Position numbers and translations under genes: made by a program
Assembly: GCA_951406725.2 (NCBI GenBank)
Contig: CATOCA020000001.1
Coordinates: 10,230,001 to 10,294,000, forward strand
Reading direction: 5' to 3'
DNA: 64,000 bases
Origin: Octopus vulgaris
Lineage: Eukaryota
In this document: one piece after another, positions 25,701 to 38,000 of the stretch
Layout of the letters: each line of letters opens with the position of its first letter
Position numbering within the stretch: the stretch's first letter is position 1
Notes under the pieces: generated by a model
Databases searched by the model: none
What the model was told of the DNA's origin: nothing
What the model saw: only the letters and a program-made list of their open reading frames with translations

Positions 25701-26092
25701 AAAGAGAGAAAAACACGTTTTCACTCTCTAAATAACGATTTCTTTCATAAACAACTAAGTTGATTTGTTATTGGGCTCCTTGTATGGATCTGAGAGTAAT
25801 TTGACTGCTATTTCTAGCCACCCCACGTTAGCCTTGTTAATCATGTGAACGTCTAAACGTGTGTGTGTGTGTGTGTGTGAAGGTAGGTGGTAGAAAAGGG
25901 TCTCTTGTTTAAGAATCAATATATTTATCCCAATACATCATAATTGACACAAAACTTAAGACAAAAATATTAATAAATTCTTACTTTTTCGGAAATTCTT
26001 CTGTTGACTTCATTCACAATTCCTGTTTGTTTACAATCGTTACTCATTAAAATCCTTTTAAGTAATATGTATTCATACAAGCTCAAACTTAC

Positions 26093-26260
26093 AAACAATA
26101 TTCAGTGAATAAACAAGGCAAATATTTTCAGATTGAAGACAGAAAAGTCCAGAAATTGAATTCAGATTTTTTACAAACTCGCCGCCATTAATATTGAAAC
26201 GACAATCCCACAATGCTTTGCGAAAAGTCAGAAACTCATTTGCAGCCGCTGTAGTTCCGT
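26093..26260 (-). promoter_or_regulatory. Candidate housekeeping-type promoter and non-coding first exon
   Basis: YY1-like CGCCGCCATT (26180-26189), ZNF143/Staf-like GACAATCCCACAATGCTTTGCG (26201-26222), GGAACTACA on the minus strand (26250-26258) and a minus-strand donor GTAAGT at 26092-26087. Confidence 0.4.
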
Positions 26261-26333
26261 ATTTGCTTCTTCTGACTTCATCTATTGCTGTCAAATTATT
26301 TATCTGTTAGAATCTGCTTCTCTCTCTCTCTCT

Positions 26334-26364
<31 letters not shown>

Positions 26365-26735
26365 CTCAGTCCCTCACTCTATCAATTTTTTTCTAGAGTT
26401 ACGAAGCATCACTAGGGGTGATTTTTCCCAAAGTCAAACGAAAAATCTCAAAATGTAATTCATTTACCTTCGTATATCGAGTGTAGAAAGTAACTTTCAA
26501 TGAAATTTTTTTCCAGAAACCAAATATTTAACACAAATTGCTTTAAAACAATCGAACGAGTCCATCGTCTTTCCATTATCTTTAACTTAAACATGGAGTT
26601 TAAGGTTTAAACTCTTGATTCCGATTTCAACGTCATGTTAGTTTCGTATTCGTATCATAGACGAAATAACTGAGTTCAGATTTATTAAGAGAAGGTTAAA
26701 AACAGCAAAAAATATTTAAAAGTGTTTTTATTCAA

Positions 26736-27222
<487 letters not shown>

Positions 27223-28986
27223 TCATCATCATCGTTTAACGTCCGTTCTCCATGCTAGCATGGGTTGGACGGTTCGACCGGGGATCTGGGAAGCCAGAAG
27301 GCTGCACCGGGCTCCAGTCTTATCTGGCAATGTTTCTACAGCTGGATGCCCTTCCTAACGCCAACCACTCCGTGAGTGTAGTGGGTGCTTTTTACGTGCC
27401 ACCTGCACAGGTGCCAGGCGAGGCTGGCAACGGCCACGGTCGGATTGGTGTATTTTATGTGCCACCGGCACGGAAGCCAGTCGATGCGGTGCTGGCATCG
27501 GCCACGAGTCGGATAGTGCTTTTTACGTACCACCAGACCAGGGATCCTGGCTGGTTCAATTCGATTTCGATTTCGCTTGCCCCAACATGTCTTCGCAAGC
27601 AAAGGGGGTTGGCATGGGTGCCTGTCGTACGGTCGGATTGGTGTATTTTACGTGCCACCGGCACGGAAGCCAGTGGAGGTGGCGCTGGCATCGGCCACGA
27701 GTCTGATATTGCTTTTTACGTACCACCAGACCAGGGATCCTGGCTGGTTCAATTCGATTTCGATTTCGCTTGCCCCAACATGTCTTCGCAAGCAAAGGGG
27801 GTTGGCATGGGTGCCTGTTGTCGGATGAGGTTCTATATCGACTTCGCTTGCCTCAACAGGTCTTTGTGTCCAAGGGAGGAAAGGCATTCATAAGTGGGCT
27901 GGGCTCACTTGTGCTGCCTGGTCTTCTCACGTACAGCATATTTCCAAAGGTCTTGGTCGCTGGTCATTTCCTCAGTGAGGCCTAAAGTTCGAAGGTCGTG
28001 CTTCACTACCTCGTCCCAGGTTTTCCTGGGTCTACCTCTTCCACGGGTTCCCTCAGCTGCTAGGGATTGGCACTTTCTCACACACCTATCTTCATCCATT
28101 CTCGCCACATGACCATACCAGCGCAATCGTCTCTCTTGCACACCACAACTGATGCTTCTTAGGTACAACATTTCTCTCAAGGTACTAACGCTCTGTCGAG
28201 TATGTACACTGACATTACACATCCATCGGAGCATACTGGCTTCATTCCTCGCGAGCTTACGCATGTCCTCAGCAGTCACGGCCCATGTTTCACTGCCATG
28301 TAGCATGGCTGTTCGTACACATGCATCATACAGTCTGCCTTTTATTCTTTGCGAGAGGCCTTTAGTCACCAGCAGAGGTAAGAGCTCCCTAAACTTTGCC
28401 CAGGCTATTCTTATTCTAGCAGTTACACTTTCAGCGCACCCACCCCCACTACTGACTTGGTCACCTAGATAATGGAAGCTATCAACTACTTCTAGTTTTT
28501 CCCCCTCGAAAGTCACGGAAGTTGTTTTCTGCAGATTTTCGGAGGTTAATGCTCCCGAGCATCTGCCACATACAAAAACTATCTTCCCAGTTAGCCTACC
28601 TTTGACATTGCTGCACCTCTTATGTGTCCATAGCTTACACTGGGTACATCTTATAGAGCTTCTACCTACGCCTCTACTACAGATCGAGCAGAGCCATCTA
28701 CCTGAAGGGATTTGTGGTTTGCGTGCCTTCCTACTTATTAGGACTTTGGTTTTAGCTAGGTTGACTCTAAGGCCCCTCAATTCTAAACCCACCTTCCAAA
28801 CCTGGAACTTCTCCTCCAGTTCTGATAGTGACTCAGCAATTAGAGCAAGGTCGTCAGCGTAGAGGAGCTCCCAGGGACAACCTGTCTTGAATTCCTCCGT
28901 TATTGCCTGGAGGACTATGATAAATAGGAGGGGGCTGAGTACTGAACCCTGGTGGACCCCAACCTCTACATTGAATTCTTCTGTGT
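27223..28986 (-). mobile_element. Young 5'-truncated RTE LINE with open ORF2 3' part (RT YADD motif, PHD-like finger, C-terminus), 3' UTR and (GAT)n tail
   Basis: Uninterrupted ORF 27905-28996 with GVHQGSVLSPLLF, LLYADD, CSIC..CTQC..H..C..CGRC, FHYLG, LRWYGHVARM and GRGRPRKTW. The UTR carries a 193-bp tandem duplication (27441 and 27634). Confidence 0.95.
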
Positions 28987-28988
28987 AC

Positions 28989-29080
<92 letters not shown>
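28987..29080. repeat. (TA)n microsatellite separating the RTE from the satellite
   Basis: Read directly from the sequence. Confidence 0.95.
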
Positions 29081-29083
<3 letters not shown>

Positions 29084-32000
29084 CTGTCCGCTAACTCATT
29101 TTATCGATCTCGTTTGGTGGTCCGCTATTTCATTTTATCGATCTCGTTTGGTGGTCCGCTATATCATTTTATCGATCTCGTTTGGCGGTCCGCTAGGTCA
29201 TTTTATCCGTCTCGATTGTCGGTCCGCTAAGTCATTTTATCGATCTCGTTTGGCTGTCCGCTAACTCATTTCATCGATCTCTTTTGGCGGTCCGCTAGTT
29301 CATTTTGTCGATCTCGTTTAGCGGTCCGCTAAGGTCATTTTATAGATCTCGTTTAGTGGTGCACTAGGTCATTTTATCGATCTCGTTTAGTGGTCCGCTA
29401 AGTCAATTTTATCGATCTCGTTTGGTGGTCCGCTAGGGTCATTTTATCGATCTCGTTCCGTCATCTGCTAAGTTATTTTATTGATCTCGTTTGGCGGCCC
29501 GCTAGTTCATTTTATCCGTCTCGATTGGCGGTCCGCTCAGTCATTTTATCGATCTCGTTTGGCGGTCCATTAAATCATTTTATCGATCTCGTTTGGTGGT
29601 CCGCTAAGTCATATTTTGATCTCGTTTAGCGGCCCGCTAATTCATTTTATCGATCTCGTTTGGCGATCCACTCGGTCATTTTATCGATCTCGTTTAGCGG
29701 TCCGCTAAGTCATTTTATCGATCTCGTTTTGCGGTCCACTAAGTCATTTTATCGATTTCGTCTGGTGGTCCGCTAATTCATTTTATCGATCTCTTTTGGC
29801 GGTCTGCTAGTTCATTTTGTTGATCTCGTTTAGCGGTCCGCTAAATCATTTTATCGATCTCGTTTGGCGGTCCCCTAGGTCATTTTATCCGTCTCGATTG
29901 GCGGTCCGCTAAGTCATTTTATCGATCTCGTTTGGCGGTCCACTAGGTCATTTTATCGATCTCGTTTGGTGGTTCGCTCAGTCATTTTGTCGCTCACGTT
30001 TAGCGGTCCGCTAATGTCATTTTATCGATCTCGTTTATTGGTCCGCTAATTCATTTTATCGATCTCTTTTGGCGGTCTGCTAGTTCCTTTTGTTGATCTT
30101 GTTTAGCGGTCCGCTAAATCATTTTATCGATCTCGTTTGGTGGTCCGCTAAGTCATTTTATCAATCTTGTTTGGTTGTCCGCTAAGTCATTTTATCGACG
30201 TCGTTTGGTGGTCCGCTAAGTCATTTTATCGATCTCGTTTGGCGGATCGTTAGGTCATTTTATATGTCTCGATTGGAGGTCCGCTAAGTCATTTTATCGA
30301 TCTCGTTGGTGGTCCACTAGGTCATTTTATCGATCTTGTTTGGCGGTCCGCTGTCATTTTATCGATCTCGTTTGGTGGTCCACTTGGTCATATTATCGAT
30401 CTCGCTTGGTGGTCCGCTCAGTTATTTTGTCGATCTTGTTTAGCGGTCCGCTAATTCATTTTATTGATCTCGTTTATTGGTCCACTACTTCATTTAATCG
30501 ATCTCGTTTGGTGGTCCGCTCGGTCATTTTATCGATCTCTTATGGCGGTCCACTAAGTCATTGTATCGATCTCGTTTGTCCGTCCAGTCGGTCATTTTAT
30601 CGATCTCATTTAGCGCTCCGCTATGTCATTTTGTCGATAATGTTTCGTGGTCCGCTAAGTCATTTTATCGATCTCGTTTGGCGGTCCGCTAAATCATTTT
30701 ATCGATCTCGTTTGGCGGTCCGCTGTAATTTTATCGATCTCGTTTGGTGGTCCACTTGGTCATAAATCGATCTCGTTTGGTGGTCCGCTCAGTCATTTTG
30801 TCGATCTCGTTTAGCAGTCCGCTAAGTCATTTTATCGATCTCGTTTATTGGTCCGCTATTTTCATTTTATCGATCTCTTTTGGCGGTCCACTAGGTCATT
30901 TTATCGATATCGTTTGGCAGTCCGCTAGGTCATTTTATCCGTCACGATTGGCGGTCCGCTAAGTCATTTTATCGATCTCGTTTGGGGGTCCACTAAGTCA
31001 TTTTATCGATCTTGTTTGGAGGTCCGCTGGATCATTTTGTCGATCACGTTAGGCGGTCCGCTATATCATTTTATTTTATTGGTCCGCTAATTCATTTTAT
31101 CGATCTCGTTTGGCGGTCCACTCGGTCATTTTATCGATCCCGTTTAGCGGTCCGCTAAGTCATTTTATCGATAACGTTTCGTGGTCCGCTAAGTCATTTT
31201 ATCGATCTCGTTTTGCGGTCCACTAAGTCATTTTATCGATCTCGTTTGGTGGTCCGCTAATTCTTTTTATCGATCTCGTTTGGTGGTCCGCTATGTCATT
31301 TTATCGATTTCGTTTGGCGGTCCGCTAGGTCATTTTATCCGTCTCGATTGGCGGTCCGATAAGTCATTTTATCAATCTCGTTTAACGGTCCACTAAGTCA
31401 TTTTATCGATCTCGTTTGGTGGTCCGCTGTCATTTTATCGATCTCGTTTGGCGGTCCACTTGCTCATTTTATCGATCTCGTTTGGCGGTCCGCTCAGTCA
31501 TTTTGTCGATCACGTTTAGCGGTCCGCTAATGTCATTTTATCGATCTCGTTTGGTGGTGCGCTAATTCATTTTATCGATCTCATTTGGTGGTCCGCTATG
31601 TCATTTTATCGATCTCGTTTGGCAGTCCACTAGGTCATTTTATCCGTCTCGATCGGCGGACCGCTAAGTCATTTAATCGATATCGTTTGGCGGTCCGCTA
31701 ATTCATTTTATCGATCTCTTTTGGCGGTTCGCTAGATCATTTTGTCGATCTCGTTTAGCGGTCCGCTAAATCATTTTATCGATCTCGTTTGGTGGTCCGC
31801 TCAGTCATTTTATCGATCTCGTTTGGTGGTCCGCTAAGTCATTTTATTGATCTCGTTTCGTCGTCTGCTAAATCATTTTATCGATCTAGTTTGGCGGTCC
31901 ACTAATTCATTTTATCGATCTCTTTTGGTGGTCCGCTAAGTCATTTTTTGATCTAGTTTGGCGGTCCACTCGGTCATTTTATCGATCCCGTTTAGCGGTC

Positions 32001-35000
32001 CGCTAAGTCATTTTATCGATAACGTTTCGTGGTCCGCTAAGTCATTTTATCGATCTCGTTTTGCGGTCCACTAAGTCATTTTATCGATCTCGTTTGGTGG
32101 TCCGCTAATTCTTTTTATCGATCTCGTTTAGTGGTCCTCTATGTCATTTGATCGATTTCGTTTGGCGGTCCGCTAGGTCATTTTATCCGCCTCGATTGGC
32201 GGTCCGATAAGTCGATCTCATTTCGCGATCTCATTTTATCGATCTCATTTCGCGGTCCAGTAAGTCATTTTATCGATCTCGCTTGGCGGTCCGCTGTAAT
32301 TTTATCGATCTCGTTTGGCGGTCCACTTGGTCATTTTATCGATCTCGTTTGGCGGTCCGCTCAGTCATTTTGTCGATCACGTTTAGCGGTCCGCTAATGT
32401 CATTTTATCGATCTCGTTTATTGGTCCGCTAATTCATTTTATCGATCTCGTATGGTGGTCCGCTAATTCATTTTATCGATCTCTTTTGGTGGTCTGCTAG
32501 GTCATTTTGTTGATCTCGTTTAGCGGTCCGCTAAATCATTTTATCGATCTCGTTTGGTGGTCCACTAAGTCATTTTATCGATCTTGTTTGGTTGTCCGCA
32601 AAGTCATTTTATCGATCTCGATTCGTCGTGTGCTAAGTCATTTTATCGATCTCGTTTGGCGGCCCGCTAGGTCATTTTATTCGTCTCGATTGGCGGTCCG
32701 CTAAGTCATTTTATCGATCTCGTTTGGCGATCCACTAAATCATTTTATCGAACTCGTTTGGTGGTCCGCTAAGTCATTTTTTGAACTTATTTAGCGGTCC
32801 GCTAGGTCATTTTATCGATATCTTTTGGCGGTCCACTCGTTCATTTTATCGATCTCGTTTAGCGGTCCGCTACGTCCTTTTATCGATAACGTTTCGTGGT
32901 CCGCGAGGTCATTTTATCGATCTCGTTTTGTGGTCCACTATGTAATTTTATCGATCTCGTTTGGTGTTCCGCGAATTCATTTTATCGATCTCGTTTGGTG
33001 GTCCGCTATGTCATTTGATCGATCTCATTTGGCGGTCCACTAGGTCATTTTATCCGTCGCGATTGTCGGTCCGCTCAGTCATTTTATCGATCTGTTTTGG
33101 CGGTCCGCTAGGTCATTTTCTCGATCTCGTTTAGCGTTCCGCTATTTCATTTTATCAATCGCGTTTGGTGGTGCGCTAAGTCATTTTATGGATCTCGTTT
33201 AGTGGTCCGCTAAGTCAGTTTTATCGATCTCGTTCCGTCATCTGCTAAGTTATTTTATCGATCTCGTTTGGCGGCCCGCTAGGTCATTTTATCCGTCTCG
33301 ATTGGCTCAGTCATTTAATCGATCTCGTTTGGCGGTCCATTAAATCATTTTATCGATCTCGTTTGGCGGCCCGCTAGTTCATATTTTGATCTCGTTTAGC
33401 GGTCCGCTAAGTCATTTTATCGATCTCGTTGGGCGGTCCCCTCGGTCATTTTATCGATCTCGTTTTGCGGTCCACTAAGTCATTTTATCGACCTCGATTC
33501 GTGGTCCGCTAATTCATTTTATCGAACTCGTTTGGTGGTCCACTATGTCATTTCATCGATCACGTTTGGCGGTCCGCTAGGTCATTTTATCCGTCTCGAT
33601 TGGCGGTCCGCTAAGTCATTTTATCGATCTCGTTTGGCGGTCCACTAGGTCATTTTATCGATCTCGTTTGGCGGTTCGCTCAGTCATTTTGTCGATCACG
33701 TTTAGCGTTCCGCTAATGTCATTTTATCGATCTCGTTTATTGGTCCACTAAATCATTTTATCGATCTCGTTTGGCGGTCCGCTGTCATTTTATCGATCTC
33801 GTTTGGCGGTCCACTTGCTCATTTTATCGATCTCGTTTGGCGGTCCACTCATTCATTTTGTCGATCATGTTTAGCGGTCCGCTAATGTCATTTTATCGAT
33901 CTCGTTTATTGGTCTGCTAATTCATTTTATCGATCTCGTTTGGTGGTCCGATCAGTCATTTTGTCGATATCTTTTGGCGTTCCACTAAGTCATTCTATCG
34001 ATCTCGTTTGGCTGTCCGCTAGGTCATTTTATGCGTCACGATTCGCGGTCCGCTAAGTCATTTTATCGATCTCTTTTAGTTGTCCGCTAAGTCATTTTAT
34101 CGATCTCCTTTCGTCGTGTGCTAAGTCATTTTATCGATCTCGTTTGCTGGTCCGCTAATTCATTTTATCGATCTCTTTTGGCGGTCTGCTAGGTCATTTT
34201 GTTGATCTCGTTTAGCGGTCCGCTAAATCATTTTATCGATCTCGTTTGGTGGTCCGCTTTGTCATTTTCTCGATCTTGTTTGGTTGTCCGCAAAGTCATT
34301 TTATCGATCTCGTTTCGTCGTGTGCTAAGTCATTTTATCGATCTCGTTTGGCGGCCCGCTAGGTCATTTTATCCGTCTCGATTGGCGGTCCGCTAAGTCA
34401 TTTTATCGATCTCGTTTGGCGGTCCACTAAATCATTTTATCGATCTCGTTTGGTGGTCCACTAAGTAATTTTTTGAACTCATTTAGCGGTCCGCTAAGTC
34501 ATTTTATCGATCTTGTTTGGCGGTCCACTCGGTCACTTTATCGATCTCGTTTAGCGGTCTGCTAGGTCCTTTTATCGATTACGTTTCGTGGTCCGCGAGG
34601 TCATTTTATCGATCTCGTTTTGTGGTCCACTATGTCATTTTAACGATCTCGTTTGGTAGTCCGCTAATTCATTTTATCGATCTCGTTTGGTGGTCCGCTA
34701 TGTCATTTTATCGATCTCGTTTGGCGGTCCGCTAGGTCATTGTATCCGTCTCGATTGTCGGTCTGCTAAGTCATTTTATCGATCTCGTTTGGCTGTCTGC
34801 TAACTCATTTTATCGATCTCGTTTGGTGGTCCGCTAATTCATTTTATCGATCTCGTTTGGTTGTCCGCTATGTCATTTTATCGATCTCGTTTGGCGGCCC
34901 GCTAGGTCATTTTATCCGTCTCGATTGTCGGTCCGCTAAGTCATTTTATCGGTCTCGTTTGGCTGTCCGCTAACTCATTTTATCGATCTCATTTGGCGGT

Positions 35001-38000
35001 CTGCTAGGTCATTTGGTTGATCTCGTTTGGCTGTCCTCTAAGTCATTTTATCGATCTCGTTTGGCGGCCCGCTAGGTCAATTTGTCCGTCTGATTTAGCG
35101 GTCCGCTAAATCATTTTATCGATCTCGTTTGGTGGTCCGCTAAGTCATTTTATCGATGTCGTTTATTGGTCCGCTAATTCATTTTATCGATCTCGTTTGG
35201 TGGTCCGCTCGGTCATTTTATCGATCTCGTTTGGCAGTCCGCTAGGTCATTTTATCCGTCACGATTGGCGGTCTGCTAAGTCATTTTATCGATCTCGTTT
35301 GGCTGTCTGCTAACTCATTTTATCGATCTCGTTTGGTGGTCCGCTAATTCATTTTATCGATCTCTTTTGGCGGTCCACTAGGTCATTTTATCGATCTCGT
35401 TTGGCAGTCCGCTAGGTCATTTTATCCGTCACGATTGGCGGTCCGCTAAGTCATTTTATCGATCTCGTTTAGTGGTCCGCTAAGTCATTTTATCGATCTT
35501 GTTTGGTGGTCCGCTAGGTCATTTTATCGATCTCCTTTCGTCGTGTGCTAAGTCATTTTATCGATCTCGTTTGGCGGCCCGCTAGGTCATTTTATCCGTC
35601 TCAATTAGCGGTCCGCTAAGTCATTTTATCGATCTCGTTTGGCGGTCCGCTAGGTCATTTTATCCGTCTCGATTGTCGGTCCGCTATTTTATTTTATCGA
35701 TCTCGTTTGCCTGTCCGCTAACTCATTTTATCGATCTCTTTTGGCGGTCTGCTAGGTCATTTTTTTTATCTCGTTTGGTGGTCCGCTAAGTCATTTTATC
35801 GATGTCGTTTATTGGTCCGCTAAATCATTTTATCGATCTTGTTTGGTGGTCCGCTAAGTCATTTTATCGATGTCGTTTATTGGTCCGCTAATTCATTTTA
35901 TCGATCTCGTTCGGTGGTCCACTAGGTCATTTTATCGATCTCGTTTGGCAGTCCGCTAGGTCATTTTATCCGTCACGATTGGCGGTCCCCTAAGTCATTT
36001 TATCGATAACGTTTCGTGGTCCGCAAAGTCATTTTATCGATGTCGTTTTGTGGTCCACTAAGTCATTCTATCGATCATGTTTGGTGGTCCGATAAGTCAT
36101 TTTATCGATGTCGTTTATTGGTCCGCTAATTCATTTTATCGATCTCGTTTCATTGTCCGCTCGGTCATTTTATCGATCTCTTTTGGCGGTCCACTAGGTC
36201 ATTTTATCGATCTCGTTTGGCAGTCCGCTAGGTCATTCTATCCGTCACGATTGGCGGTCCGGTAAGTCATTTTATCGATCTCGTTTAGTGGTCCGCTAAG
36301 TCATTTTATCGATCTTGTCTGGTGGTCCTCTTGGGTCATTTTATCGATCTCCTTACGTCGTGTGCTAAGTCATTTTGTCGATCTCGTTTGGCGGCCCGCT
36401 AGGTCAGTTTATCCATCTCAATTAGCGGTCCGCTAAGTCATTTTATCGATCTCGTTTGGCGGTCCACTAAATCATTTTATCGATGTCGTTTGGTGGTCCG
36501 CTAAGTCATTTTTTGATCTCGTTTAGCGGTCCGCTAAGTCATTTTATCGAACTCGTTTGGCGGTCCACTCGGTCATTTTATCGATCTCGTTTAGCGGTCC
36601 GCTAAGTCATTTTATCGATAACGTTTCGTGGTCCGCAAAGTCATTTTATCGATGTCGTTTTGTGGTCCACTAACTCATTCTATCGATCTTGTTTGGTGGT
36701 CCGCTATGTCATTTTATCGATCTCGTTTGGCGGTCCGCTAGGTCATTTTATCCGTCTCGATTGGCGGTCCGCTAAGTCATTTTCTCGATCAATTTTGGCG
36801 GTCCGCGAGGTCATTTTGTCGATCTCGTTTAGCGGTCCGCTAAGTCATTTTATAGATCTCGTTCCGTCATCTGCTAATTTATTTTATCGATCTCGTTTGG
36901 CGGCCCGCTAGGTCATTTTATCCGTCTCGATTGGCGGTCCGCTCAGTCATTTTATCGATCTCGTTTGGCGGTCCATTAAATCATTTTATCGATCTCGTTT
37001 GGCGGCCCGCTGGTTCATTTTATCCGTCTCGATTGGCGGTCCGCTCAGTCATTTTATCGATCTCGTTTGGCGGTCCATTAAATCATTTTATCGATCTCGT
37101 TTGGTGGTCCGCTAAGTCATATTTTCATCTCGTTTAGCGGTCCGCTAAGTCATTTTCTCGATCTCGTTGGGCGGTCCCCTCGGTCATTTTATCGATCTCG
37201 TTTAGCGGTCCGCTAAGTCATTTTATCGATAACGTTTCGTGGTCCGCTAAGTCATTTTATCGATCTCGTTTTGCGGTCCGCTAAGTCATTTTATCGATCT
37301 CGTTTGGCGGTCCACTAAATCATTTTATCGATCTCGTTTGGTGGTCCGCTAAGTCATTTTTTGAACTCATTTAGCGGTCCGCTAAGTCATTTTATCGATC
37401 TCGTTTGGCGGTCCACTCGGTCATTTTATCGATCTCGTTTAGCGGTCTGCTAGCTCCTTTTATCGATAACGTTTCGTGGTCCGCAAGGTCATTTTATCGA
37501 TCTCGTTTTGTGGTCCACTATGTCATTTTAACGATCTCGTTTGGTAGTCCGCTAATTCATTTTATCGATCTCGTTTGGTGGTCCGCTATGTCATTTTATC
37601 GATCTCGTTTGGCGGTCCGCTAGGTCATTTTATCCATCTCGATTGTCGGTCCGCTAATTCATTTTATCGATCTCGTTTGGCTGTCCGCTAACTCATTTTA
37701 TCGATCTCTTTTGGCGGTCTGCTAGGTCATTTTGTTGATCTCGTTTGGTGGTCCGCTAAGTCATTTTATCGATGTCGTTTATTGGTCCGCTAAATCATTT
37801 TATCGATCTCGTTTGGTGGTCCGCTAAGTCATTTTATCGATGTCGTTTATTGGTCCACTAATTCATTTTATCGATCTCGTTTGGTGGTCCGCTCGGTCAA
37901 TTTATCGATCTCTTTTGGCGGTCCACTAGGTCATTTTATCGATCTCGTTTGGCAGTCCGCTAGGTCATTTTATCCGTCACGATTGGCGGTCCGCTAAGTC

